Positions 46,752 through 56,600 of a stretch of 64,000 nt of DNA are shown here, piece after piece; the stretch's first letter is position 1; each line of letters opens with the position of its first letter. The notes beneath the pieces were generated by a model. It saw only the letters and a program-made list of their open reading frames with translations, ran no database searches and was not told where the DNA came from. The stretch is from Candidatus Kutchimonas denitrificans. Its GTDB lineage: Bacteria; Gemmatimonadota; Gemmatimonadetes; Palauibacterales; KS3-K002. The stretch lies in the NCBI GenBank assembly GCA_011774835.1, contig JAACAK010000002.1, positions 17,685-81,684 on the forward strand, in the 5' to 3' direction. Both the position numbers and the translations under genes were made by a program.

Positions 46752-46823
46752 GTGTGCGGTCTGCGGTGCGTCGGTCACGGACCAAAACTACCGCCGCATA
46801 CCGACGCACCGCAGACCGCACAC
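46752..46823. repeat. palindromic repeat element, copy 2 (REP-like hairpin)
   Basis: GTGTGCGGTCTGCGGTGCGTCGG (46752..46774) pairs perfectly with CCGACGCACCGCAGACCGCACAC (46801..46823), with a 26-nt loop. Its arms are nearly identical to copy 1 and in the same orientation. Confidence 0.7.
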
Positions 46824-46828
46824 TGGCT

Positions 46829-49633
46829 TTATCTTCCTCCGCCTGTACCCACACGCTCCTGGGCACCGGCGAAGTCGCCGGCCAGCACGACGACGAACTC
46901 ATCGACGTCGATATGCCGACGCATGGCCTGGTTGATCTGATCAGCCGTCAGCGCGGCGACCTTGGCGTCCAGCTCGGCCTCATGCTCCATGGTGCGGTCG
47001 AAGAACAACGTCGCACCCAGGGTGTTGGCCAGCGACATGTCCTGAGCGCGGCTCACCTCACGAGACTGGAGCCACCCCTGCCGGGCGGCCTCCACCTCCT
47101 CGACGGTGAAGCCCGACTCCAGGACCTTCTGGATCTCTTCACGGAACGCGGCCTCGACCTTCTCACCGTTCTCCGGCGCGAAGATCGCGTAGACGGTCAG
47201 GCTGCCCCGCTGGTCGATGGGGTGGGCGCTGAAGTTCGAGCCGACACCGTAGGACAACCCTTCCTTCTGGCGGATGCGCGTGGCCAGCCGCGAGTTGAGG
47301 AAACCGCCACCGAGCATGTAGTTGCCCAGCACCAGCGCCGGATAGTCCGGATGGCTGTCGCTCATCTGCATGTTGATCCCGGCGAGCATGATGGCGTTCG
47401 CCTTGTCCGGCGTTTCGAACACCATGTGCTCGGGACCGGCGTCGCGATAAGGCCGACCGAAGCGGACGTACGGCTTTTCCGCCGACCAATCGGCGAAGAT
47501 CTCCTCGGAAATCTCGCGTATCTGCTCGGAGTCGAAGTCACCGACCACCGCCATGGTCACGCCGTCGGCGCCGTAGAACTCCTTCCAAAAGTTCTTCGCT
47601 TCGTCGAGCTCGGCGGCCTCGATCCGCGCGATCTGTTCCTCGAACGTCGGCGTGTACTCGGGGTGGTCTTTCGGCCACGGACTCATCGTGCGGCGGAAGG
47701 AGCGCGAGGCGATCGCCGTCGGCTCCGACTTTTGCGACTCGATGGCGGCCAGACGCTCCTCTCTCAGCAGCTCCCATTCGTCCTCGCTGAAAGCGGACTG
47801 CTTCAACACCTCGCCCACCAGCTCCAGCACCGCGGGCAGATTCTCGCGGGTCGTCTGGATGCGCGCCGAGGCGAACGTGGCATCGCCGCCCACGTTGACC
47901 TGGGCCTTCAGCCGATCGAATTCGTCGATCAGTTCCTGGCGCGACCGCTTCTCGGTTCCCCGCATCAGCATCGAACCCGCCATATCGCCCGCCGTCGCTT
48001 CGCCCATCAGCGCGTCCTCGGTACCGAATCGCATCTGAACGATGACCACGACGTTGTCGCCCCGGGTCTCCTTCGGGAGCAGCGCCAGCTCGAAACCACT
48101 GGAGTAGTCGGTCAGGCGCGTCGTGCGGGCCTCGATGTTGGCGGGCGACGGATCGAACGCCTCGCCGGTGGCCACGGCCTCGGCGCCCTCATAGCCCGCC
48201 GCCAGCGCCGCGACGTCGGGGGCGGCGGGAATCTCGGCGCGCGGTGGCACCTCCTCCACCGGGATGAAAATGCCGAGCGTGCGGTTGGAAGGCATCAGAT
48301 AGGCCTCGGCGACCCGGGCGACATCGTCGGCGGTCACTTCCTTCAGCCGGTCGCGATGGATGAACCGCAACCGCCAATCGCCATTCGAGGCCCACTCGGA
48401 GAGCTCGAGCGCGATGCGCTCCGGGTCGTTGAACGCCAGCTCCATGTTCTTCAGCATCTGGTTCTTCGCCCGCTCGACCTCCTCCTCGGTGGGCGGGTTG
48501 GTGGCCAGCGCGTCGATGGTGGCCTCCAGCGTCGCGCGGGCCTCGTCGAGCGAGTCCTCGAGCCGGACCTCGGCGAACGTCATCAGCATCCCCGGCTCCT
48601 TGAGCTGCCAGGCGAAGGCGCCGGAACGCGCGGCCTTGCCGGTCTCGACCAGGGCCTTGTAGAGCCGGCCGGACGGGTCATCGCCCAACACGAAGGCCAG
48701 CACGTCGACGGCGGGAAAGTCCTCGTGCGACCCCGGGGGCACGTGATAGACCGCCATCATCAGCTGGGTGTCGCCCACCCGCTTGAGCGTGACGGTCCGC
48801 TCGCCGTCCTGAGCCGGGTCCCGCGTGTAGGTGGGATAGATCTTCATCACACCGGTACGTTCCGGCCGAGGGATCGCGCCGAACGTTTCCACGATCAGGT
48901 CGATCGTCTTCTCCTCATCGATCTTGCCGGCCACCACCAACATGGCGTTGTCCGGCTGATAGTACTTGCGATAGAAGTTCTTCAGCCGTTCGATCGGCAC
49001 GTCCTCGATGTCAGCGCGGGCGCCGATCGTCGAGTTGCCGTAGTTGTGCCAGAGAAACGCCGTCTGCGTGGTCCGCTTCATCAGCACGCCGAACGGCGAG
49101 TTCTCTCCCGCCTCGAACTCGTTGCGCACTACGGTCATCTCAGACGCGAGATCTTCCGCGGAGATGAAGCTGTTGACCATCCGATCCGATTCGAGGTCCA
49201 GCGCCCAGGTCAGATTCTCGTCGGTGGCACGGAAGGTCTCGAAGTAGTTGGTCCGATCGTACCAGGTCGTACCGTTGGGCCTCGCGCCATGCTCGGTCAG
49301 CTCCTGCGGGATGTCCGGGTGGTCCGGCGTTCCCTTGAAGACCAGGTGCTCCAACAGGTGCGCCATCCCCGTCTCCCCGTAGGCTTCATGCCGCGAGCCG
49401 ACGAAGTAGGTGACGTTGACCGTGATCGTCTGCTTCCCCTGATCCGGGAAGAGCAGGACACGGAGTCCGTTGTCGAGACGATACTCTGTGATCCCCTCGA
49501 CCGACGCGACCTTCACGTAGCCGGCCTCGGTCGTCTCCGACACCTGCTGCGCAGGGGCGGCTGGCGACAGCATGAGCAGGCCGAACGCGAGGAGCGGGAG
49601 GGAACGCAAGAACGGCGGGAATCTTCGAATCAT
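46829..49633 (-). CDS. M16-family (pitrilysin/insulinase-like) zinc peptidase, fused two-half form, secreted
   Basis: Inverted zincin motif in GMAHLLEHLVFKGT. ATG 49633 preceded by GGAGG. Signal peptide MIRRFPPFLRSLPLLAFGLLMLSPAAPAQ. Confidence 0.9.
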   Translation of the reverse strand: MIRRFPPFLRSLPLLAFGLLMLSPAAPAQQVSETTEAGYVKVASVEGITEYRLDNGLRVLLFPDQGKQTITVNVTYFVGSRHEAYGETGMAHLLEHLVFKGTPDHPDIPQELTEHGARPNGTTWYDRTNYFETFRATDENLTWALDLESDRMVNSFISAEDLASEMTVVRNEFEAGENSPFGVLMKRTTQTAFLWHNYGNSTIGARADIEDVPIERLKNFYRKYYQPDNAMLVVAGKIDEEKTIDLIVETFGAIPRPERTGVMKIYPTYTRDPAQDGERTVTLKRVGDTQLMMAVYHVPPGSHEDFPAVDVLAFVLGDDPSGRLYKALVETGKAARSGAFAWQLKEPGMLMTFAEVRLEDSLDEARATLEATIDALATNPPTEEEVERAKNQMLKNMELAFNDPERIALELSEWASNGDWRLRFIHRDRLKEVTADDVARVAEAYLMPSNRTLGIFIPVEEVPPRAEIPAAPDVAALAAGYEGAEAVATGEAFDPSPANIEARTTRLTDYSSGFELALLPKETRGDNVVVIVQMRFGTEDALMGEATAGDMAGSMLMRGTEKRSRQELIDEFDRLKAQVNVGGDATFASARIQTTRENLPAVLELVGEVLKQSAFSEDEWELLREERLAAIESQKSEPTAIASRSFRRTMSPWPKDHPEYTPTFEEQIARIEAAELDEAKNFWKEFYGADGVTMAVVGDFDSEQIREISEEIFADWSAEKPYVRFGRPYRDAGPEHMVFETPDKANAIMLAGINMQMSDSHPDYPALVLGNYMLGGGFLNSRLATRIRQKEGLSYGVGSNFSAHPIDQRGSLTVYAIFAPENGEKVEAAFREEIQKVLESGFTVEEVEAARQGWLQSREVSRAQDMSLANTLGATLFFDRTMEHEAELDAKVAALTADQINQAMRRHIDVDEFVVVLAGDFAGAQERVGTGGGR

Positions 49634-49774
49634 TAGGCAGTCCTCCATGGCTGGATAACGGCTGCGGATAGCTGTTGGAGTTGAGACTTGCAATATACGC
49701 GACGACAAAGCCCTCGCCAGTCCGTGGCGGACGAGCGCGAGGTTGAGAGAGGAGACTATTCTAATTAAGGAGCT

Positions 49775-50467
49775 TTAGTCGAAGCTGAGCTCGAAGCCGA
49801 GCGTGAACGGGAAGGTCCAGGAACTGGTATCGAGTAGCTTCTCGGTGTCCGGCACTTCGTCGAGCTGAATCCGGTCCGCGTCGTTGAGGTAAAGAAACCG
49901 GCGAGCCCCGATGAAGAGCTGCCAGCCGTCCGCCAGGCGAAGCTTCGCGGTGACGCCTCCGACCGCGGAGAAGAAGGTCTCGGAGAAGCGGTAGTACCCG
50001 GAGATCGGGAAGGCCCCGAGCTCCTGGGAGCGAAGGCGCGTCATGCCGACGCCGAAATCGGCGTAGAACTGCAGAGGGGATTCGTCCGTAACGGACAACG
50101 GAAGTGCGAATTCGGCGGCCTCGTAACGCAGCTTGAGACCCGCCGCCGGATTCTCCCGCAGGGTCTGCACGTCGCTCATCCGGAACAGCGCAGAGACGAA
50201 CTCGACCGCCGCGTTCTCCGTCGTTTCCCGGGATGCCGCCCCCTCGACCCATACGGCAGGCTCGCTGAATGTCGGCGATGGCGAGATGTCGGCCGCGCCG
50301 GTCGCAGCCACGCTGGCCGGTGAGACCCCCAGCTGGGAAGCGCTCCTGGACTCCTGAGCCTCGGCCACGGACCCCCACAGACAGAGCAAGGCGGCGGCCA
50401 GGCAGGCCGGGCTCCGGCAGAATCGAAGGATCTGGAGGCAGGGTCTTTGACCCGTATTCAGACGCAA
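49775..50467 (-). CDS. putative outer-membrane beta-barrel protein (start uncertain)
   Basis: Signal-like ACLAAALLCLWGSVAEAQ, alternating beta-strand pattern, and C-terminal FTLGFELSFD. The upstream part of the track ORF has non-coding-like codon usage. TTG 50467 is a guess. Confidence 0.45.
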   Translation of the reverse strand: MRLNTGQRPCLQILRFCRSPACLAAALLCLWGSVAEAQESRSASQLGVSPASVAATGAADISPSPTFSEPAVWVEGAASRETTENAAVEFVSALFRMSDVQTLRENPAAGLKLRYEAAEFALPLSVTDESPLQFYADFGVGMTRLRSQELGAFPISGYYRFSETFFSAVGGVTAKLRLADGWQLFIGARRFLYLNDADRIQLDEVPDTEKLLDTSSWTFPFTLGFELSFD

Positions 50468-50620
50468 AAAGTAGCCCCGTTGTGCAGGGATTTGCCCGCT
50501 TTTAACGCGCTCGGAGTGGGGGGGAATCGGCCGAACGGGATAAAAGAACCTATTCCGGGTAAATAGAAAGGGCAAGTCACGTGCCAACGGTGTTTCGAGG
50601 GCGTTTCGAGGCGGCGTGGG

Positions 50621-53600
50621 CTATTCCGGCACGATGACCCGCTCGCTGGGACCGCGGCCGAACGTTTCGGGGTGATACATCTCCTCCGCCCGGGGCGGCG
50701 GAACCATGAAGCTCCCCGGCGTCGTCGCCCGGGCCAGGTAGGAGTACGTGTATACGCCGGCGGGCAGGAGGCTGGTGAAGACCTCGGCTCGCTCGTCCCG
50801 CAGGTTCTGGTGCTCATACCAGCGCCACCAGTAGTACCAGCCGGCGCCGAACGAGACGCCCGGGGTCACCTCCGCGTCCTGGGTCTGTTGCCCCGCCAGA
50901 TCCGGGTTCAGCGCTTCGAACGCGGCGGGCAGAGGGTCGACCAGCGCCACGTGGTAGCGCCGAGCGGGCGCGGCCATGGATAGCTTCACCCTCACCCTGG
51001 CCCCGGCCCGGATGACCCAGTTGCCCCTGTCATCGCGGGTCACATCGTCGGGGTCGTCCACCGCCTCGTAGACGCGCTCGACGCCGAAGCCGTGCTCGGC
51101 GGCATCGAGCAACAGATCGGACGGTGCGTAGCGCATTCCGACCCGATAATAAAGGCGCCCGGGGCCGTCCTTGCCGAGGATCAGCGGGTTGGTATCCTCG
51201 GACGCGGTCAGCCATGCCATCGGCACCTCGATCTGATGGCGCTCGGTCGTGCGACCCCGGAACTCGTGACCTCCGGCGTAGTCATCACCCAGCCAGAGCC
51301 GGGCGATGAAATTGGGGGGCGTCCGCTCGTAGGTGGCGAAGTAACGATCGAGGGCCAACAGCACGAAGGAGTTCTCCTGGGTGTTGCCCCAGCGGCCGCG
51401 GGTTCGGTGAGCCAGGAGCCCGCGGACCAGCTTGGGGATCAGGTCGCTCTCCGGTTGATCGGCGATCAGCGCATCGAGGATCACGGCGTCCACCCGGCGG
51501 CGGGAATAGAGGAGCAGGTAATCCTCGCCGCCGTAGTCCGTCGTGAACTGGGCCGTCGCCGCGGTCTCGCTGGCCCGGTTGCCCAGGAAGCGACGCAGCG
51601 CCGCCGCGTCGTCCCGGTATTCGAGCGGCGCGTCGGCGAGCACGGACAGCAGCCAGCCGGCGGCCTCGAGGGGGAGCGTCTGGAGACCTCCGTCGCTCAC
51701 GATCGCGCGCGCCTTCGCCACGTCGGCGCCGCCTGTGAGGGCGAGGGTATACAGGGCGTACGCCTGCAGCGCCCGGCGCGTGCGCATCGAATACCGGGCC
51801 GGGATGCGGTCTTCGATGTCGTTCAGATAGCGCTGCGCCCTGCCGAGCAGCTCCTCCGGCACCGTGAACCCCTTCTCACGGGCCCGGACGAGGGCGTGCG
51901 TCACGTGAATGCTCACGTAAGGCCAGGACGCCTGTCCCGGGACGCCCCAGAACGAGAAGCCGCCGTCGCCGTTCTGCATCGACGCGAGCCGCTTGATGTC
52001 GCGCTCGACTGCGGCGACCAGCACCTCGGGCTCCGGCAGCCCCTCCGCCTCGAACGCGCCGAGCACATCGCGGAGCGCCGCGATCGCGATGATGCGGGAG
52101 GCGATCTGCTCCGCGCACGCGTACGGGTAGCTGGTGAGGTAGAGGAGCGCGTCGGTGAGCGCCTGCAGCGCGGTGGACGAGGTCGTGATCTCGAGACCGC
52201 CGTACTCGTCGATCACGTCACGCGGCGCCTCGACAGGGATGACGACGGCGCCCTGGTCGACCTCGCCGTAGGTGGCGAACGCCTCGGTCGTCGCCGGCGT
52301 CCAGACCGGCAGCGACATCTCGGCCGCGTCCCCATGCTCCGCGGTCGCCGCCGCCACCTGGAGATGCGCGGTCCCGGGTCGCACCGTGCGGGCCGGGAAG
52401 CGGACCTCCACCCTGCTCTGCCCCGGTACCTCCACCCGCTGACCGAACTCGCCGGTCAGGGTCAGGTTGGCGGCGCGGACCGCCACATCGACGCTGACCG
52501 GCGCCGACTCACGGTTCTGGATCAGGACCGGCAGCTCGAGCTTGTCGCCGAAGTTGAGGAACCGGGGCGGCGAGGGCCGGGCCATGAGCGGTAGGGACGC
52601 GGTGATCGTCGACTCGCCTTTTCCGAAACGCTTCGGCCCCCCGGCCGCGACCGCGATGACCCGGTAGCGGGTCAGGTTGTCGGGGAGCCGGACGGGCACC
52701 GAGGCACGACCCTGGTCATCGGTTCGCACCGAGCCGGCGAAGACGGCGAGGGCGGCGAAGTCGGCGCGGAGCCGGATCTCCGGCGCCGCGGCACGATCGG
52801 CTGGCGCCGCGGCCGCCTCCATCGCCATCGCTGGCTCGGCGACGCGCATCTCCTCCAGCGCCAGGGCGTCGGGCGCCAGGGCGAAGTCGACCTCTATCGT
52901 CGTGCCGGCCTCCAGCGCGAGACGCTCGAGGGCCTGACCGAATCCCAGATACTCCGCCACGACCGTGTAGACGCCGGGCTGGATGTCGGAAAGGACATAG
53001 CCGCCGTCGGCGCCGCTCAGCGTGCCCCGCCGGGTGCCTGCCAGATAGACCTGAACACCTTCGAGCGTCCTTCCCGTTTGAGCGTCGCGCACGGTCCCCC
53101 GCAGCGCGGCCGAACCCGTCGCCGTCGTGTCGACACGGGGGCCCAGGAGAACGAAGCCGCGCATCTGATAGTCGGTCACCCCATCGCCCCGGGCCGGATA
53201 GAACGTCTCCACCGGGTTCTGCAATTCCCGAGGCAACAGCGCGAGCACGGCTTCATCGATGACCGCGACGGCGACGTCGGCGTTCTCGATCGCCGTGCCG
53301 GCGGCGTCGAGCAACCGAAGATCGATCACGGTCTCGCCGCCGGGCTTCAGCTGGCGCTGTCGCGGCACCGCGGTCAACCGGAGCACGCGGGCCAGGGGTG
53401 GAATCTCCAGGTCTAGCTGCTGCGACGCCGCCAGGTTGGGGTCCGGCGGCAGCTTGCCCGAAGGCTCGGCCGGCGCGGCGGCGATGAGCTCCACGTTCAC
53501 GTGCAGATTGGGGATGTACTCCTCCAGGATCGGAACGCGAAGCACGTGCGTGGTCCCATCGACCCGGAAGCGCTCGGTTCGAACGAGCCCTTCGCGTCGC

Positions 53601-56600
53601 AGGGTGACGATCCCTTCGGCCGGGTCGTACGGCGACTGGACGAGAATTTCGGCGGTATCGCCGGGTTGATACTCATCTCGGTCGGCGATGAGCTGGATCC
53701 CCCGGTCCGGGCCGGTCCGTCCCGCACCCCCCGCGGCCCAAACGGTCAGCTCGGTCAAGCTCGGTCTGCCCTGGTCGTCCCTCACCGTGGCGCTGATCCG
53801 ATAGGCGCCGCCGCGACGGGCCCGAAACTCGCACCGTACGGGCTCGGTCTCCGAAACGACCTGGCAAGCTTGCGGCTCGCCCTCTTCCGAGACCCACGTG
53901 CCGCGACGCCAGCTCCACCGGGTTTGCACCGCCGTCAGCTCCAGCTCGCGGCCGGCGACCGGCTCGCCTTCCGGCGTTACCGCTACCGCCTCGAGGACCA
54001 GCGCCTGACCCACGCGGACGAAGCGTCGAGCGCTCCTGAGCCCGACGTAGAGACCACCGGGGTGGACGAGCAAGTCGGTAGACTCGGTCCAGGTCTGACG
54101 GTTCACATCCTGGACCGTGGCGACGGCCTGCAGCGACATCGCGACGGGCGGCACCGCCTCGAGGAACTCGACCCGCAGGTGGTGCTCGCCGTCGACGTTC
54201 GTGCGTCCGTCGAACTCTTCCACCCGGACGTCGTCCCGATCGGAGCGGTACGGTTCGAAGAACGGCCACAGCCGGGTACGACCAAAGGTGAACTCGTCCC
54301 AGCCGGGCGGTGAATAGGACGCCGGACGCGATGTGACGCGCCAATTCACGTCGCTTCCCGGCAGACCGCCCCCGGCGAAGTAGGTGGCTCGAGCCGTGAC
54401 CAGAGCGGCGCCGCCCACGAAATGTGGACCGCCGTCGTGGGTCACGCTGACCTCGTATTCGGGCCTCCGGAACTCCTGAACCTGGAAGTGGACGCGATGT
54501 ATGGCCGCCCGCTCGGCCGGTATCCCGGCGCGGCGAAGCTCGATGCGAACCGGACCCAGGGCCACATCGCCGGGCAGAGGAAAGGCACCATCGAAACCGA
54601 ACAGGTCGTTGAGATTCACCGAGCCGCGGGCGACGTCGTTTCCACGCGGGTCCACGGCCTGGTACTCGATCTCATCCCACCGCGAGGAGGGCAGGCTCAG
54701 GTCGCCGCGGGGACCTCCGCCGATCTTTCGCACCCAACCTTTGAAGTGCACGGTCTCCCCGGGTCGGTATAGGGGCCGATCGGTGAAGGCGTGAATGACG
54801 TGTCGGTCGTCGGGCGCCGCCATGACCCAGCGGCCGGCGGGAAGGAAGGCCACGTCGTCCCCGCGGCGCGCCACGAGCACCAGCGTCGCAGCGATCCGGT
54901 TCCTTCCGGGCTGGGGCAGCGCCGCCAGCCCCATCTCGTCGGTCCGGCGCCTGACAGCGCCGTCGACGAACCGCACCTCGGCACCGGAGATCGGCGCCGC
55001 ACCCTCCAGCGACGTGACCCAGGCGATCACGGAACGGTGGTCGCGTACGACGCTGAGCCCGAGGCGCGTCGCCTGCACCCACTTGAGGATCCGCTGCGGC
55101 CGCCGGCCGTCGAGCGGCGGCTCGCCGGGCTCGACATCGACGATCACATGGCCCAGACCATCGTCGAGGGCGGGGCCGAGATCGATCCGGGTCGCGGCGA
55201 TCTCGTCGGGCCCGGCGTCGATGACGACCTCCTGGTCGTGAACGAGTCGGCCGGGGGGCCCGGGCGGATCGGCCCTCCATCGGTAGCGCGCGGAGTTCAG
55301 GAAATCGGACCAGTGCCGGGGCTCGACTCGATAGAGCCGGACGCGGAGCGTCGGATGATTGACGCTCTGCACGGTCAACTCGCGGGGCGCGGCTGGATCG
55401 AGAACCACCAGATTGCCGCCGGCAGCGTTCAGGACTTTGGGATACGGTCCGACGTTGATGGTCAGGGTGGACTCGTGATCGAGACTCTGCCCGAACCAGT
55501 CGCGTATCCCGGGCTTCAGCGTGACCCGGTACCGTGTGCGTGGCCGCGACCGACCGCTGATCGAGAGGACTCTGTATGAGGCCGCCACGCGAAGGTTCGG
55601 CAACCGCGGCTCGACGCTCACCATCGACGAATCGATCGACTCAGCATCGAGCGGGTTGGAGAACTCGATCCGCCAGGCCGTTCCCGGCTCGCAGTTGCCG
55701 TGGCACTGCGCCCTGACCACGCGTAGCGGTCCGTAGGTTCGGAAATCGAAGGCCTGGGCCGTATCGGTGGTCAGCGGCCCTTCGGCCGACGGGGTGCCGG
55801 GCGGGATTCTGACCTGGACGGCCGAGTTGACCGGGAGCGGGTCGACGATACGCGCGGCCAGCCAGCGACCCTCCGGCGTTGCCTCGGTCAGTCTCTTTAC
55901 CGCGTCATCGGCCTCGATCTCGGCGGCGGTGGCCCGGCGCGTCGGCAGCGGGCCCGAGCCGGCGCTGACGACGAGGCGCGAGAGGACGGCATCGGCGTCG
56001 ATCCGCTGATCGAAGGCGAGGAAGATGATGGGCTCGAGACCCACCGGCCCCCGACGGGGATGGCTATGGACGAGGCCCGGCGGCGGCGTGCGGAAGCTCC
56101 AGCGCAGCGGCTCCGACAGCTCGGCCCCCGACGCCGATTCCACCCCGGCGCGCAGCTCGGCCCGGTAGAGGGTGGCCATGGGGAATCCTTCGTCGACCTC
56201 GAACACGAGCGTTCGGGTGCCGACCCAGCGCCAGCGGCCCTCCGGTCTCGGTCGCAATCGGACCGGGACCTGCCGGGCGCTCAGAATCTCGTGCGAGGTC
56301 ACCGGCACCATCGGGTGGTTGAAAGTGATCGCCAGTTCCCGCGCCCGCTCGACCGCGCCTTCGGGCGCGTAGCGGACGACCTCGACGGGTCCGATCTCGG
56401 TCGGGCCAGGCCGCGACAGCTCTTCCTCCGGCGGAAACTGTCCCCGCACCGTCCTGCCGGTTCGCGGCGGCGGTGGGATCTCGTCGGTGAGCGCCACCGG
56501 TCTGCCCGCTTCGTCCTCGGGGGGCAAGGGGGGCAGCGTCGTCAGGAGGTCGGCGACCCGAGCGTCGGAGAGCGCCTCGGTCTCCGGTCTGGGGATCACC

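Noticed and set aside
46706-49636. 976-aa plus-strand ORF covering the M16 peptidase locus.
   Set aside because: It is antisense to a gene with the HxxEH zinc motif and a signal peptide. Its first residues are simply the translation of palindromic repeat copy 2.
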